Source: Halomonas sp.
Lineage (GTDB): Bacteria; Pseudomonadota; Gammaproteobacteria; Pseudomonadales; Halomonadaceae
Length of the DNA stretch: 64,000 bases
Direction: 5' to 3'
Assembly (NCBI GenBank): GCA_018401555.1
Contig: JAGYKP010000086.1
Span: 42,049-106,048 of the forward strand
Part shown: in pieces, positions 1 through 10,536 of the stretch
Position numbering within the stretch: the stretch's first letter is position 1
Layout of the letters: every line of letters begins with the position of its first letter
The notes under the pieces: generated by a model
What the model was told of the DNA's origin: nothing
The model's input: only the letters and a program-made list of their open reading frames with translations
Database searches by the model: none
Program-made: the position numbers and the translations under genes

Positions 1-227
1 AGCACCACGATGGCCACCACGCCGCCCGCCACCAAGGCGAAGAGCCTGGGCTCCAGCGCCGCCGCCAGGGGGTCACCAACCTGCATGCGCGCCGGGTCCA
101 GCAGGACCACGGCCAGCGCCACCAGCACGCAGGTCAGCGTCACCAGCGCCGCCACCGCGAGCAGCAACAGCAGGACCAGCCGGGCGGAGAGCCGCCGGGC
201 ACGGTCCTGCGCGGAGAAGAAGTCCAT
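1..227 (-). CDS. M48 (HtpX-like) metallopeptidase, N-terminal part, truncated by window edge
   Basis: Manual translation from ATG at 227: MDFFSAQDRARRLSARLVLLLLLAV...; this N-terminus is typical of M48 proteins encoded downstream of lemA. Confidence 0.7.
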   Translation of the reverse strand, partial: MDFFSAQDRARRLSARLVLLLLLAVAALVTLTCVLVALAVVLLDPARMQVGDPLAAALEPRLFALVAGGVVAIVV

Positions 228-240
228 GCGGGTCCTCCGC

Positions 241-837
241 TCAGAAGCTTACGCGGGGCGCGGCCTGGATCTCGGCGCTGTCCTCGAACTCCAGCAGTGC
301 GGCGTCCTGCTTGTGGCCGAAGGAGGCGGCCAGGATCACCGGCGGGAAGCTCTGCTTGTAGGTATTGTACTGCATCACGGCATCGTTGAAGGCCTGGCGG
401 GCGAAGGCGACGCGATTCTCGGTGCTGGTCAGGGTCTCGGAGAGCTGCTGCATGTTCTCCGAGGCCTTGAGGTCCGGATAGGCCTCCATCACCACGTTGA
501 GGCGCCCCAGGGCGGCCCCGAGCGCCCCCTCGGCACCGGCCAGTTCGGCCATGGCGGCGGCGTTACCGGGATCCGCGGCGGCGTGCTTCAGGCCGACCTC
601 GGCGGCATTGCGCGCCTCGGTCACCGCGGAGAGCGTCTCGCGCTCGTGGGCCATGTAGGCCCGCGCCGTCTCCACCAGGTTGGGAATCAGGTCGTGGCGC
701 CGCTTGAGCTGCACCTCGATCTGCGCAAAGGCGTTCTGGAAGCGGTTCTTCAGCGCCACCAGGCGGTTGTAGATGCTGACGGCATAGATCAGCAAGGCAA
801 CCAGCAACACGACAGGCAGGATCAGCGAAAGGTCCAT
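241..837 (-). CDS. lemA: LemA family protein
   Basis: N-terminal TM; YNRLV...IEVQLKRRHDLIPNLVET...EAYPDLKA...ENRVAFARQAFN motifs. Confidence 0.93.
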   Translation of the reverse strand: MDLSLILPVVLLVALLIYAVSIYNRLVALKNRFQNAFAQIEVQLKRRHDLIPNLVETARAYMAHERETLSAVTEARNAAEVGLKHAAADPGNAAAMAELAGAEGALGAALGRLNVVMEAYPDLKASENMQQLSETLTSTENRVAFARQAFNDAVMQYNTYKQSFPPVILAASFGHKQDAALLEFEDSAEIQAAPRVSF

Positions 838-870
838 GGCGGACTCCTTGTGGTAGTGGCGCAGTCATAC

Positions 871-884
871 TTGACGCATATCAA
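871..884. promoter_or_regulatory. Putative FNR/ANR-type box
   Basis: TTGAC-GCAT-ATCAA, one mismatch to TTGAT-N4-ATCAA, between divergent lemA and DUF1538 genes. Confidence 0.45.
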
Positions 885-1033
885 GGCAACATCGTCGGCG
901 TCCCATGCCGATGCCACCGCCAGGGTGATATGATCCCCCCATTCGGCGCCGGACACCGCCTGCCACAAGACTAGCAGGATGTGGCCACCGGGGCCGTCCA
1001 GGACATCGACGCCACACATTCAGGGAGCGGAAC

Positions 1034-2530
1034 TTGGCCGGACCACTCAGGGACTTTGCCCACGCCTTCCTCCATGCCCTGCGTAACCTGCTGCCGATCA
1101 TCCTGGTGGTGGCGGCCTTCCAGGCCCTGCTGTTCCGTGAGTGGCCGGAGGGCGGCCTGGCCATGGCCGGTGGCCTGCTGATCGTCGCCGTGGGGGTGGC
1201 GCTCTTCCTGCAGGGCCTCGAGCTCAGCATCTTCCCGGTGGGCAAGCGGCTCGCCAACCAGTTCGCCCGGCGCGGCTCGGTGCCACTGCTGATGGCCTTC
1301 GGCTTCGCCATCGGCTTCTCGGCGGTGGTGGCCGAACCCGCGCTGATTGCCGTGGCCGAGCAGGCCCGGGAGATCAGCGAGGGGCGCATTGACGCCCTGA
1401 CCCTGAGGCTGATCGTGGCCTGCTCGGTGGGACTGGTGATGGCGCTGGGTGTGCTGAGGGTGATCCTCGGCCACCCGATCCACTGGTACATGATCGCCGG
1501 CTACGTCACGGTCGTGATGGTCACCTTCTTCGCTCCCGAGGAGATCGTGGGCCTGGCCTACGACTCCGGTGGCGTCACCACCAATATCGTCACCGTCCCG
1601 CTGATCGCCGCCCTGGGGATCGGCCTGGCCTCCTCCATTCGCGGTCGCAACCCGCTGATCGACGGCTTCGGCCTGGTGGCGCTGGCGGTCATGGTGCCGA
1701 TGATCAGCGTCCAGCTGTACGGCATCCTGGTCTATGCCGATGCCGGCAGCCTGGCTAGCGGGGCCGAGCTGGTCAGCACCGGAGGCGAGGCCGGCAAGCC
1801 CGCCGGGCTGCTGACCATGATCCTCGACCTGTTCAGCATGCTGCGCGACGTGCTGCCGATCATCCTCACCGTGCTGTTCTTCCAGTACGCCGTGCTGCGC
1901 CACTCCCTGGCCAGCCCGCTCAAGGTGGGCGTGGGCTTCGGCCTGGTGATCATCGGCCTCTATGCTTTCGTGGTGGGACTCAAGCTGGGGCTCTTCCCCA
2001 TCGGCAGGAGCATGGCCGAGCAGCTCATCACCTTCGACACCTGGCTGTGGGTCTACCTCTTCGCCTTCGCCATCGGCTTCGCCACCACCATGGCCGAGCC
2101 GGCCCTGATCGCCGTGGGCCAGCAGGCCGAGGAGGCCGCCGCCGGCAAGATCCAGGGCAACGTGATCCGCCTGCTGGTGGCCTTCGGGGTCGCCATCGGC
2201 ATCACCATCGGCGTCCATCGCATCATCAGCGGCGACTCGATCCACTACTACATCATCGGTGGCTACCTGCTGGTGATCGTGCTGACGATCCTCGCCCCCC
2301 GCTACATCGTGGCGCTTGCCTTCGACCTCGGGGGGGTGACCACCTCCGAGGTGACGGTGCCGCTGGTTACCGCCCTGGGTATCGGCCTGGCCGGCCAGAT
2401 CGAGGGGCGCAGCGTGCTGATCGATGGCTTCGGCCTGATCGCCTTCGCCTCGATATTTCCTATCGTGACCGTGATGAGCTATGCCATTCTGATGGAGCGA
2501 ATGGCTCACAGGAGAGAGACACCGCCATGA
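1034..2530 (+). CDS. Tandem DUF1538 membrane protein
   Basis: Two internal repeats (LFPIG...AEPALIAV...D(S/L)GGVTT..VTVPL..ALGIGLA...LIDGFGL), multiple TMs; TTG start. Confidence 0.88.
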   Translation: MAGPLRDFAHAFLHALRNLLPIILVVAAFQALLFREWPEGGLAMAGGLLIVAVGVALFLQGLELSIFPVGKRLANQFARRGSVPLLMAFGFAIGFSAVVAEPALIAVAEQAREISEGRIDALTLRLIVACSVGLVMALGVLRVILGHPIHWYMIAGYVTVVMVTFFAPEEIVGLAYDSGGVTTNIVTVPLIAALGIGLASSIRGRNPLIDGFGLVALAVMVPMISVQLYGILVYADAGSLASGAELVSTGGEAGKPAGLLTMILDLFSMLRDVLPIILTVLFFQYAVLRHSLASPLKVGVGFGLVIIGLYAFVVGLKLGLFPIGRSMAEQLITFDTWLWVYLFAFAIGFATTMAEPALIAVGQQAEEAAAGKIQGNVIRLLVAFGVAIGITIGVHRIISGDSIHYYIIGGYLLVIVLTILAPRYIVALAFDLGGVTTSEVTVPLVTALGIGLAGQIEGRSVLIDGFGLIAFASIFPIVTVMSYAILMERMAHRRETPP

Positions 2531-2877
2531 AGTTTTCCCTGCTGGTGGCCATCGTGCCAGAAGAGATGGAACAGGAGTGCATCGATGCCGCCACCGAGGC
2601 CGGTGCCGTGGGCATGACCCTGATGTCGGGCCGCGGCATCGGCGGCGAACGCAAGAAGACCTTCTTCGGCCTGACCTACGAAGGCAGCCAGAGCGTGATG
2701 CTGATGACCCTGGAGAAGGGGCTGTCGCTCAAGGTGCTCAAGGCCATCCGGGATCTCCTCAGCCCCTCAGGAGAGGACTCCAAGGGGCTGGTGATGACGC
2801 TGCCCGTGGAGCACCTCGGCGGTATCGACATGTCGCAGATCAAGCGCTTCGAGGAGCGCCTGAGGCACGAAGCCTGA
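2527..2877 (+). CDS. P-II-like regulator associated with DUF1538
   Basis: MKFSLLVAIV...AGAVGMTLMSGRGIG...FFGL; ATGA overlap with upstream gene. Confidence 0.8.
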   Translation: MKFSLLVAIVPEEMEQECIDAATEAGAVGMTLMSGRGIGGERKKTFFGLTYEGSQSVMLMTLEKGLSLKVLKAIRDLLSPSGEDSKGLVMTLPVEHLGGIDMSQIKRFEERLRHEA

Positions 2878-2904
2878 TCCTTTTCCCACCAATGGAGTAA
2901 CACG

Positions 2905-3291
2905 ATGCTGGTCAAGGACATCATGATGCGCGATGTGGTGACGGTGTCACCCTTCGCCACTCTGCGCGACGCCCTGAGCCTGATGAAACAGCACAACCTC
3001 AAGTGCCTGGTGGTGGAGCAGCAGGATCCCCACGATGCCTGGGGGCTGATCACCTACACCAATATCCTCAAGACCATCGTCGCCGAGAACGGCGATATTG
3101 ATCTGATCAACGTCTACGACATCTGTGCCAAGCCGGCGATTGGCGTCGGTGAGTCGCTGGACGTGCGCCACGTGGCCAAGTTGATGACCGACAGCGTGGT
3201 CAAGCGCGCCCTGGTGCTGGACGACAATCGCCTGGTGGGCCTGGTGACAATGGATGATATCGTGGGTACCGTACTCGATCTGATCGAGTAG
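2905..3291 (+). CDS. CBS-pair protein
   Basis: VKDIMMRDVVTVSP...GLITYTNI...LVGLVTMDDI. Confidence 0.88.
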   Translation: MLVKDIMMRDVVTVSPFATLRDALSLMKQHNLKCLVVEQQDPHDAWGLITYTNILKTIVAENGDIDLINVYDICAKPAIGVGESLDVRHVAKLMTDSVVKRALVLDDNRLVGLVTMDDIVGTVLDLIE

Positions 3292-3307
3292 CTACCGGAA
3301 CCCGCAC

Positions 3308-3595
3308 ATGGAAGAGTTCTTCACCTGGATCGGCAGGACCCTCGGCGAGATCATCCGCTTCGTCGTCGACCTGCTGACCGGCTTCTTCGCCAATATCGGC
3401 GACTCCGCACGAGGCTTCCTCCAGGGGCTGGCCGGCTCGCTGGGCATCTCCACATCCATCGTCAGCCTGTTGATCCTGGTGGTCGGCCTGTGGATGCTGT
3501 GGAAGGCCTTCCGGGCCCTGACCCGCCGCGCCATCGTCGCCACCCTGATATGGCTGCTGCTGGGCTTCGTCGTCTTGAGCTGGCTGATATATTGA
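3308..3595 (+). CDS. Small hypothetical membrane protein
   Basis: 95 aa with hydrophobic segments, host-like codon usage, followed by a terminator. Confidence 0.7.
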   Translation: MEEFFTWIGRTLGEIIRFVVDLLTGFFANIGDSARGFLQGLAGSLGISTSIVSLLILVVGLWMLWKAFRALTRRAIVATLIWLLLGFVVLSWLIY

Positions 3596-3610
3596 CGCTC
3601 ACCCAGACGT

Positions 3611-3641
3611 GAAAGCGCCGCCCCGAGGGGCGGCGCTTTTC
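3611..3641. terminator. Bidirectional rho-independent terminator
   Basis: GAAAGCGCCGCCCC-GA-GGGGCGGCGCTTTT between convergent genes. Confidence 0.85.
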
Positions 3642-3658
3642 GTTGAAGACGCGGAGGT

Positions 3659-6289
3659 TCAGGCCAGGGCCTTTTCGACGACCTCATAGACATTGGGCGA
3701 GAGCTCCTCGGCCCGGATGCGCTCGAGCTCGCCCTTCATGAGCTCCTGGCGCTGCTCATCGAAGCGCGCCCAGCGCGTCAGCGGGGTGATCAGCCGTGCG
3801 GCGATCTCCGGGTTGAGGCGGTTGAGCTCGATCACGGTGTCGGCCAGCAGGCGGTAGCCCTCACCGTCGATACGATGGAAGTTGACCCGGTTCTGGCCGG
3901 CGAAGGTGCCGATCAGGGCGCGCACCTTGTTGGGGTTCTTCAGCGAGAAGGCCGGGTGCTGCATCAGGAACTTCACCCGCTCGAGCACGTCCGGCTGCGG
4001 GCGTGACACCTGGATGGCAAACCACTGGTCCATCACCAGCGGGTCGTGGGCCCACTTCTCGCCGAAGGCCTTGAGCGCCGGCTCGCTGAGCTCGTCGCGA
4101 CTGCTGTGGGTCAGCAGGGTCAGGGCATGGCGCACGTCGGTCATGTTGTGGTCGGCCTCGAACTGCTCGCGGGCCAGCTGCACGCCGTCCTCGTCCTCGA
4201 TGGCCATGAGATAGGCGAGCGCCACGTTCTTCAGGCTGCGCCGGGCGATCTGCTCCGGCGTGGGCGCATAGGGGCTGTCATCCTGGTTCTCGCGGTAGAC
4301 GCGCAGGAAGTCATCGCGCAGTGCCGTGGCCAGCCCGCGACGCATGAACTCCCGGGCGGCGTGGATGGCATCGACGTCCACCAGCGGCTGCTGCTCGGCG
4401 ATGTAGGCCTCGCTGGGCAGGGTGATCATCTCGGCCAGCACCGCACGATCCTCGGGCTCGCCCTCGAGCAGGCCGCGGAAGGCCTCGGTGACCCGCGGGT
4501 CCATCACCTTCTCGACGCCGTTGCGATGGGCAGCGATCAGGTCGTCCAGGGCCAGCATGGCCAGGCGCTGGCCCGAATCCCAGCGGTTGAAGCCGTCGGA
4601 GTCGTTGGCCAGCAGGAAGGCCAGGTCCCTCGCGGCCATAGGGGAAGCGCAGCTTCACCGGGGCCGAGAAGCCGCGCAGCAGCGAGGGCACCGGGGCCTC
4701 GGAGACGTCGGTGAACAGGAACTCCTGCTCCGCCTCGCGCAGGTGGATCACGGCGTCGCTGCCCAGCGCTTCGCCATCCAGGGTCAGCGGCAGGTCACGA
4801 CCGCTCTTGGTGCCCACCAGGCCCAGGCGCACCGGGATGTGCAGCGGCTGCTTGTCGGGCTGGTCGGGGGTCGCCGGGGTGCGCTGGCGCAGGATCAGTC
4901 GGTACTCGGCCTTGGCGTAGTCGTACTCGCCGAAGGCATCGATCTCCGGGGTGCCGGCCTGGGAGTACCAGTGCATGAACTGGGAAAGGTCCAGGCCAGA
5001 GGCCTCGGCCATGCAGTCGACGAAGTCCTCGATGGTCACCGCCTGGCCGTCGAAGCGCTCGAAATAGCGGTCGGCGCCGCGGCGGAAGGCCTCCTCGCCC
5101 ACCAGGTTGGCCAGCATGCGTACCACCTCGGCCCCCTTCTCGTAGATGGTGAGGGTGTAGAAGTTACCGATCTCGATGTAGTGGTCGGGGCGCACCGGAT
5201 GCGCGGTGGGGCCGGCATCTTCGGCGAACTGGGCGGTGCGGAAGAAGGCGACGTCCTCGATGCGCTTGACCGCCGGGGAGTTGGTGTCGGCGGAGAAGCA
5301 CTGGTCGCGGAACACCGTGAAGCCCTCCTTCAGGGAGAGCTGGAACCAGTCGCGGCAGGTGACGCGGTTGCCGGACCAGTTATGGAAGTACTCGTGGGCG
5401 ACGATGCTCTCGACCCGCTGGAAAGCGACGTCGGTGGCGGTGTGGGGATGGGTCAGCACCGCCGCCGAGTTGAAGATATTGAGCCCCTTGTTCTCCATGG
5501 CGCCCATGTTGAAGTCGTTGACCGCCACGATCATGAACAGGTCGAGGTCGTACTCGCGGCCGTAGGCCTGCTCGTCCCAGCGCATGGCGCGCTTCAGCGA
5601 GGCCATGGCGTGATCGGTCTTGTCGAGGTTCTCCTCCTCGACCCATATCTGCAGGGTCACCTCGCGCCCGCTGGCGGTGGTGAAGGCATCCTCGACCTTC
5701 TTGAGGTCGCCGGCCACCAGGGCAAACAGGTAGCTGGGCTTGGGGTGGGGTCTTCCCAGGTGACGAAGTGGCGCCCACCCGGCAGCTCGCCGCGCTCCAC
5801 CGGGTTGCCGTTGGAGAGCAGCACCGGCTCGCTGTCGCCGCCGATCACGGTGGTGGAAAAGGTCGCCATGACGTCGGGGCGGTCCGGGTAGAAGGTGATG
5901 CGCCGGAAGCCCTCGGCCTCGCACTGGGTACAGTACATGCCGTTGGAGAGGTAGAGCCCCTCCAGGGCGGTGTTGGCCTCGGGGGCGATCTCCACCTCGG
6001 TGTCGAGGTGGAACGCCTCGGGCACCCGGTGCACCGTCAGGCGCTTGTCGTCTACCGCATACTCGTCCGCCTCCAGCGGCTCGCCGTCGAGGGCGATGGC
6101 CTTGAGGGACAGCCCTTCACCGTCGAGCACCAGCGGCTCACCCGGCTCACGCTCCGGGTGACGCGCCAGGTGCAGGCGTGCCTTGACCCGCGTGGCGGCG
6201 GGGTCGAGGTCGAAGGTGAGGTCGGCATGGGTGACGCGGTAGGCGGGGGGACGGTAGTCGCTCAGGTAGGTCGCCTGGGGATCGGACAT
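3659..6289 (-). CDS. pepN: Aminopeptidase N (two apparent frameshifts near 5745 and 4630)
   Basis: GAMENKGLNIF, HEYFHNWSGNRVTCRDWFQLSLKEG, C-terminal NPNKVRALI across three ORF pieces. Confidence 0.95.
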
Positions 6290-6355
6290 GCGTGGTGCTC
6301 CTGTCGAGAATTGCGACCATTGTACGGCGCCGCGCCCCCCGAGCTCAAAGCACCC

Positions 6356-6727
6356 TCACAGGGCCGGCTCCGGCCGGGTGATGATCCAGGCCCCGAGCAG
6401 GGCGAGGCCGCCGATCAGCGCGAGCTTGAGCCACAGCAGGCTGACGGTCAGCGCCAACACCAGCATGGAAAGGGCCAGCATGCCGGCGGCCAGCTGCTTG
6501 GCGTGGCGCGGGATGGCGCGCTCGCCCTCCCAGGCCAGCACCGCGGGGCCGAAGCGCGGATGCTCGCGGATCCAGCGGGCGAAGCCCGGCGACGCCTTCG
6601 AGGCGGACCATACCGCCAGCAGCATGAAGCAGGTGGTGGGCATGAGAGGCACGAAGACGCCCAGCACGCCGAGGCCGAAACTCAGCCAGGCGATCAGCAG
6701 GAAGGCCAGGCGGGGGATGGATGACAT
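6356..6727 (-). CDS. YbaN/DUF454 membrane protein
   Basis: GVFVPLMPTTCFMLLA...HPRFGP...AIPRHAK. Confidence 0.88.
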   Translation of the reverse strand: MSSIPRLAFLLIAWLSFGLGVLGVFVPLMPTTCFMLLAVWSASKASPGFARWIREHPRFGPAVLAWEGERAIPRHAKQLAAGMLALSMLVLALTVSLLWLKLALIGGLALLGAWIITRPEPAL

Positions 6728-6880
6728 GGTGCAGCCTCCGGTGACGTCTCAGCCTTCATTGAAGACCAGCCGAGCAGGGCACGCCAATCGCCATGCCCTA
6801 TGAACGCCATGGGCTCCGCTGCAACGGCGTAGCGCGGGCCGCTTTCGCCGGCCCCTCGATGCTCGCGAGGGGCGCGCGTG

Positions 6881-7366
6881 TCAGTCGCGGAAGTTGTCGA
6901 ACTGCAGCGGCAGATCGGGGCCCTGTTCACCGCGCAGCAGCGCCATCACCGCCTGGAGGTCGTCACGCTTCTTGCCGGTGACGCGCACCTTCTCGCCCTG
7001 GATCTGCGCCTGCACCTTGAGCTTGCTGTCCTTGATGCGCTTGACAATGTCCTTGGCCTCCTTCTGGTCGAGGCCCTGCTTGAGGAGCGCCTCCTGGCGG
7101 GCCCGCACCCCGGATAGCACCGGTTCCTGGATATCGAGGCAGCGCGCATCGATGCCACGGCCGATCAGCTTGTTGCGCAGCACGTCGAGCATCTGCTTGA
7201 GCTGGAAGTCCACCTCGGCCTCGAGCTTCACGCTCTCACCCTCGAGCGCGAAGCTTGCATCGACACCCTTGAAATCGAAGCGCGACTGGACCTCGCGGTT
7301 GGCCTGATCCACGGCGTTGCTGGCTTCGTGCTTGTCGAACTCGGAGACGATATCGAAGGAGGGCAT
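6881..7366 (-). CDS. yajQ: YajQ family nucleotide/c-di-GMP-binding protein
   Basis: MPSFDIVSE...NAVDQANRE...RFDFKG...[11 protein letters not shown]...PLQFDNFRD. Confidence 0.95.
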   Translation of the reverse strand: MPSFDIVSEFDKHEASNAVDQANREVQSRFDFKGVDASFALEGESVKLEAEVDFQLKQMLDVLRNKLIGRGIDARCLDIQEPVLSGVRARQEALLKQGLDQKEAKDIVKRIKDSKLKVQAQIQGEKVRVTGKKRDDLQAVMALLRGEQGPDLPLQFDNFRD

Positions 7367-7405
7367 GACGGCTCCTGGCAATGGGGGAAAGGTGCAGGGA
7401 TTCTA

Positions 7406-7897
7406 TCAGCCCTGAGTCCCGGGCGCCGCCGTCTCCAGCGCCTTGACCATCTGCCAGGCGGCGCAGCCATCCGCGTAGTACTCCGGCAACCAGCGCTCGA
7501 GCCGAAACCCCATGCGCCGGTAGAGCGCCAGCGCCGCGCGGTTGTCGGCGCGTACCTCGAGCCCCAGGCGGGTGCTGCCACGCGCCCGGGTCGCTCCTTC
7601 CAGGGCTTCGAGCAGTTGACGGCCGAGGCCCGAACCGCGGAACTCGGGGTGCACGCAGAAGGAGTAGAGCCGGGCGCGGGTACTGCCGTGACGGAACAGC
7701 AGGGTACCGTAGCCCAGCAGTCGCACCGGCGTGAGCGCCTCGGCGTCACGCTCCAGCACCCAGGTCTCGGCATGGGCGCGGTTGAGCAGGTGCCAGAGCT
7801 GGCGACGGCTGAAGCGGTCGCCGGTAAAGGCGCTCTGCTCCAGGCGAAAGAGGGCGTCGAGGTCGTGGCCGGTGGCCCGACGCAGCTGAATGGTCAT
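7406..7897 (-). CDS. GNAT N-acetyltransferase (RimI-like)
   Basis: RLYSFCVHPEFRGSGLGRQLL...LEVRADN..ALALYRRMGF...YYADG. Confidence 0.88.
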   Translation of the reverse strand: MTIQLRRATGHDLDALFRLEQSAFTGDRFSRRQLWHLLNRAHAETWVLERDAEALTPVRLLGYGTLLFRHGSTRARLYSFCVHPEFRGSGLGRQLLEALEGATRARGSTRLGLEVRADNRAALALYRRMGFRLERWLPEYYADGCAAWQMVKALETAAPGTQG

Positions 7898-8079
7898 GGG
7901 ACTCTCCAGAGGGTACCCGGCCGATTCTGAGCGTGCTTGGGGCTGATGTCAGCGAGGCATGAGCATGAAATATTTTCACTCTGCTTCCGCCTTGCCGTGG
8001 CCGCGAGCCAGGCGCATTCTGGCCACTGTTCGGCCCGCCCCGGCCGCCCCGCCCTCCTCCCTATCCGGTAGCCGCCACC

Positions 8080-9576
8080 ATGTGCCCCTTGCGAATCGTC
8101 GTCGACCGCCTCGCCGACTGGCAGCCCTACTACCCCAGCGAAGACCTGATCAGCGCCGACGACTACCTTTCGCTGGACCGTCGCCACCGCAGCGGCGCCG
8201 AAAGCGAACGCACCACCCATGTGATCAACCTGTGCGGTGAGCTCGACTACCTGGGCACCGGCTGCTATGTCTCGCTGCTCGCCCAGGCCCGCGGCCAGCG
8301 GGTGCTGCCCACGGTGGAAACGCTCAACGAGCTGTCGCGCAAGGCGCTGATCGACCTGCAGCTGGACAGCCTGGCCCCGCTGCTCGGCGAACTGGCGCGG
8401 CGCGGCCGGCTTTCCGGCGATGCCGTGACCTCTGCGCGTGCTGTTCGGCGAGTGTCACGAACCCGGCCTCGAGCGCCTGGCACGCAAGCTCTTCGAACGC
8501 CTGCCCTGCCCCCTGCTGGAGGCCCGGCTAGTGCGCCGCCACGACCAGTGGCGACTTTCCCCGCCTCGGCCGCTGCGCCTGCGCGACCTGGCACCCGAGG
8601 AGCAGGACCTCTTCGCCAGCGCCCTCAACCGCCACTCCCGCAAGGTCTGGCGCACGCCCAAGGCGCGGCGCCGCTACCGCTTCGACCTGGCGATCCTGGT
8701 CGACCCCGGGGAAGCGCTGCCCCCCAGCAACCGAGGGGCGCTGAAGGCCTTCATCCGGGCCGGACGCCGGCTCGGCATTGATGTCTCGTTGATCACCCGC
8801 CGCGATGCCGGACGAATCGCCGAGTTCGACGCCCTGTTCATTCGCGAGACCACCGCACTGGACCACCACACCTATCGCATGGCGTGCCGTGCCGAACACG
8901 AGGGTCTGGTGGTGATCGACTCGCCACGGGATATCCTGCGCTGCACCAACAAGGTCTACCTGCACGCCCTGCTGCGCGCCCGCGGGGTACCGGCACCGGA
9001 GGGCGTACTGCTCAAGCGCGGCGACCGTCGCCCGCTGGCCGAACGCCTCGACGGCCTCGACTTTCCGCTGGTACTCAAGGTCCCCGACGGCTCGTTCTCC
9101 CGCGGCGTGGTCAAGGTCACCGACCTGGCCCAGCTGGAACACCAGGCGGGACGCCTGTTCCACGATTCGGCCCTGCTGCTGCTCCAGGAGTGGCTGCCCA
9201 CCGAATACGACTGGCGGATCGGCGTGCTCGATGGCCAGGTGCTCTTCGCCAGCCGCTACTACATGGCCCGCGGCCACTGGCAGATCTACGACCACTCCGC
9301 TGCCGGGGTGAGAGCGGCGGTTTCACCACCCATGCCCCGGAGGAGGTGCCTCCGGCGGTGATCAAGGCGGCCCTCAAGGCCTGTCGGCTGATCGGCGACG
9401 GCCTGTATGGCGTCGACCTCAAGCAGGCCGGTGACCGGGTGGTGGTGATCGAGGTCAACGACAACCCCAATATCGACGCCGGCATCGAGGACGTCGTGCT
9501 CGGTCGCGGCCTCTTTGATCGCATCATGGGAGTGTTCCTGTCACGCATGGAGGCGCGGGTGAGGTCAGGGAGCTGA
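8080..9576 (+). CDS. RimK-family ATP-grasp ligase with RLAN N-terminal domain (frameshifts near 8430 and 9310)
   Basis: VINLC..DYLGTGCYVSLLAQARG; LFIRETT; RCTNKVYL; LKVPDGSFSRGV; YGVDLKQ..VIEVNDNPNID. Confidence 0.88.
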
Positions 9577-9643
9577 CGCGGGGGCGTGGCTCGCGTATGC
9601 TGTCGTTTTCCTTGACAAGCCTTGTACAGAACATGGAGCCCCG

Positions 9644-10243
9644 ATGAGCGATCGCGATACCCGCCACAAGCAGTCGATGCAGAAACTCAAGGCCCGCGTC
9701 GACGAGAAGGTCGCCGCCGCCACCGAACAGCGTGGCCTGCTGCTGGTCTTCACCGGCAACGGCAAGGGCAAGACCACCGCCGCCTGGGGCACCGTGACCC
9801 GCGCCCTGGGTTACGGCTACCGGGTCGGGGTGATCCAGTTCATCAAGGGACAGTGGGAGTGCGGCGAGCGCGAACGGCTGGTCGAGGACCCCAATCTCGA
9901 GGTCGCCATCATGGGTACCGGCTTCACCTGGGAGACCCAGAACCGCGAGGCGGATACCGCCGCCTGCCGCGAGGTGTGGGCCGAGGCGGAGCGCATGCTG
10001 GCCGACCCCGAGGTCTACCTGGTGGTGCTCGACGAGATCACCTACATGCTCAAGTTCGGCTACCTCGACATCGCGACGGTCAGGCGCGCCATCGAGAACC
10101 GCCCCGCCGAGCAGAGCGTGATCGTCACCGGTCGCAACGCCCACCGCGAGCTGCTCGGCATGGCCGATACGGTCACCGAGATGCAGGAGGTGCGCCACGC
10201 CTTCAACGCCGGCCTTCAGGCGCGACGCGGCATCGACTACTGA
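9644..10243 (+). CDS. cobO: Cob(I)yrinic acid a,c-diamide adenosyltransferase
   Basis: VFTGNGKGKTTAAWG, IQFIKG, VVLDEI, VIVTGR, RRGIDY. Confidence 0.95.
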   Translation: MSDRDTRHKQSMQKLKARVDEKVAAATEQRGLLLVFTGNGKGKTTAAWGTVTRALGYGYRVGVIQFIKGQWECGERERLVEDPNLEVAIMGTGFTWETQNREADTAACREVWAEAERMLADPEVYLVVLDEITYMLKFGYLDIATVRRAIENRPAEQSVIVTGRNAHRELLGMADTVTEMQEVRHAFNAGLQARRGIDY

Positions 10244-10442
10244 AATCCAATCAAATCAATAACCTGTAAAGATCCTCAAGGGCGGCGTTGCCGCCTGGCA
10301 ACACCCTACCCTATTGAAATAAAAGAATTTTCTCAGGCCCTGCGAGTCCTGTAGCTGCACGGCGACGCTTCGGCCGCGACCCGGCGACAGCGTTGCCGAC
10401 CTTGATAACCCAACCCATTGACACAAAAGGAAAATAATAACC

Positions 10443-10458
10443 TGGCCCGATAATTGCT
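10443..10458 (+). promoter_or_regulatory. Putative sigma54 (-24/-12) promoter of the polysaccharide operon
   Basis: TGGCCCGATAATTGCT has the GG-N10-GC spacing, about 80 nt upstream of ugd, in an AT-rich intergenic region. Confidence 0.6.
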
Positions 10459-10536
10459 CCTGTGGATGGTCGCACGCCCCCGTAGACCTGCCCTCCCCGC
10501 GTCAGATGCCTGCGGGAGGGCCCTCAGCAAGGAGCA

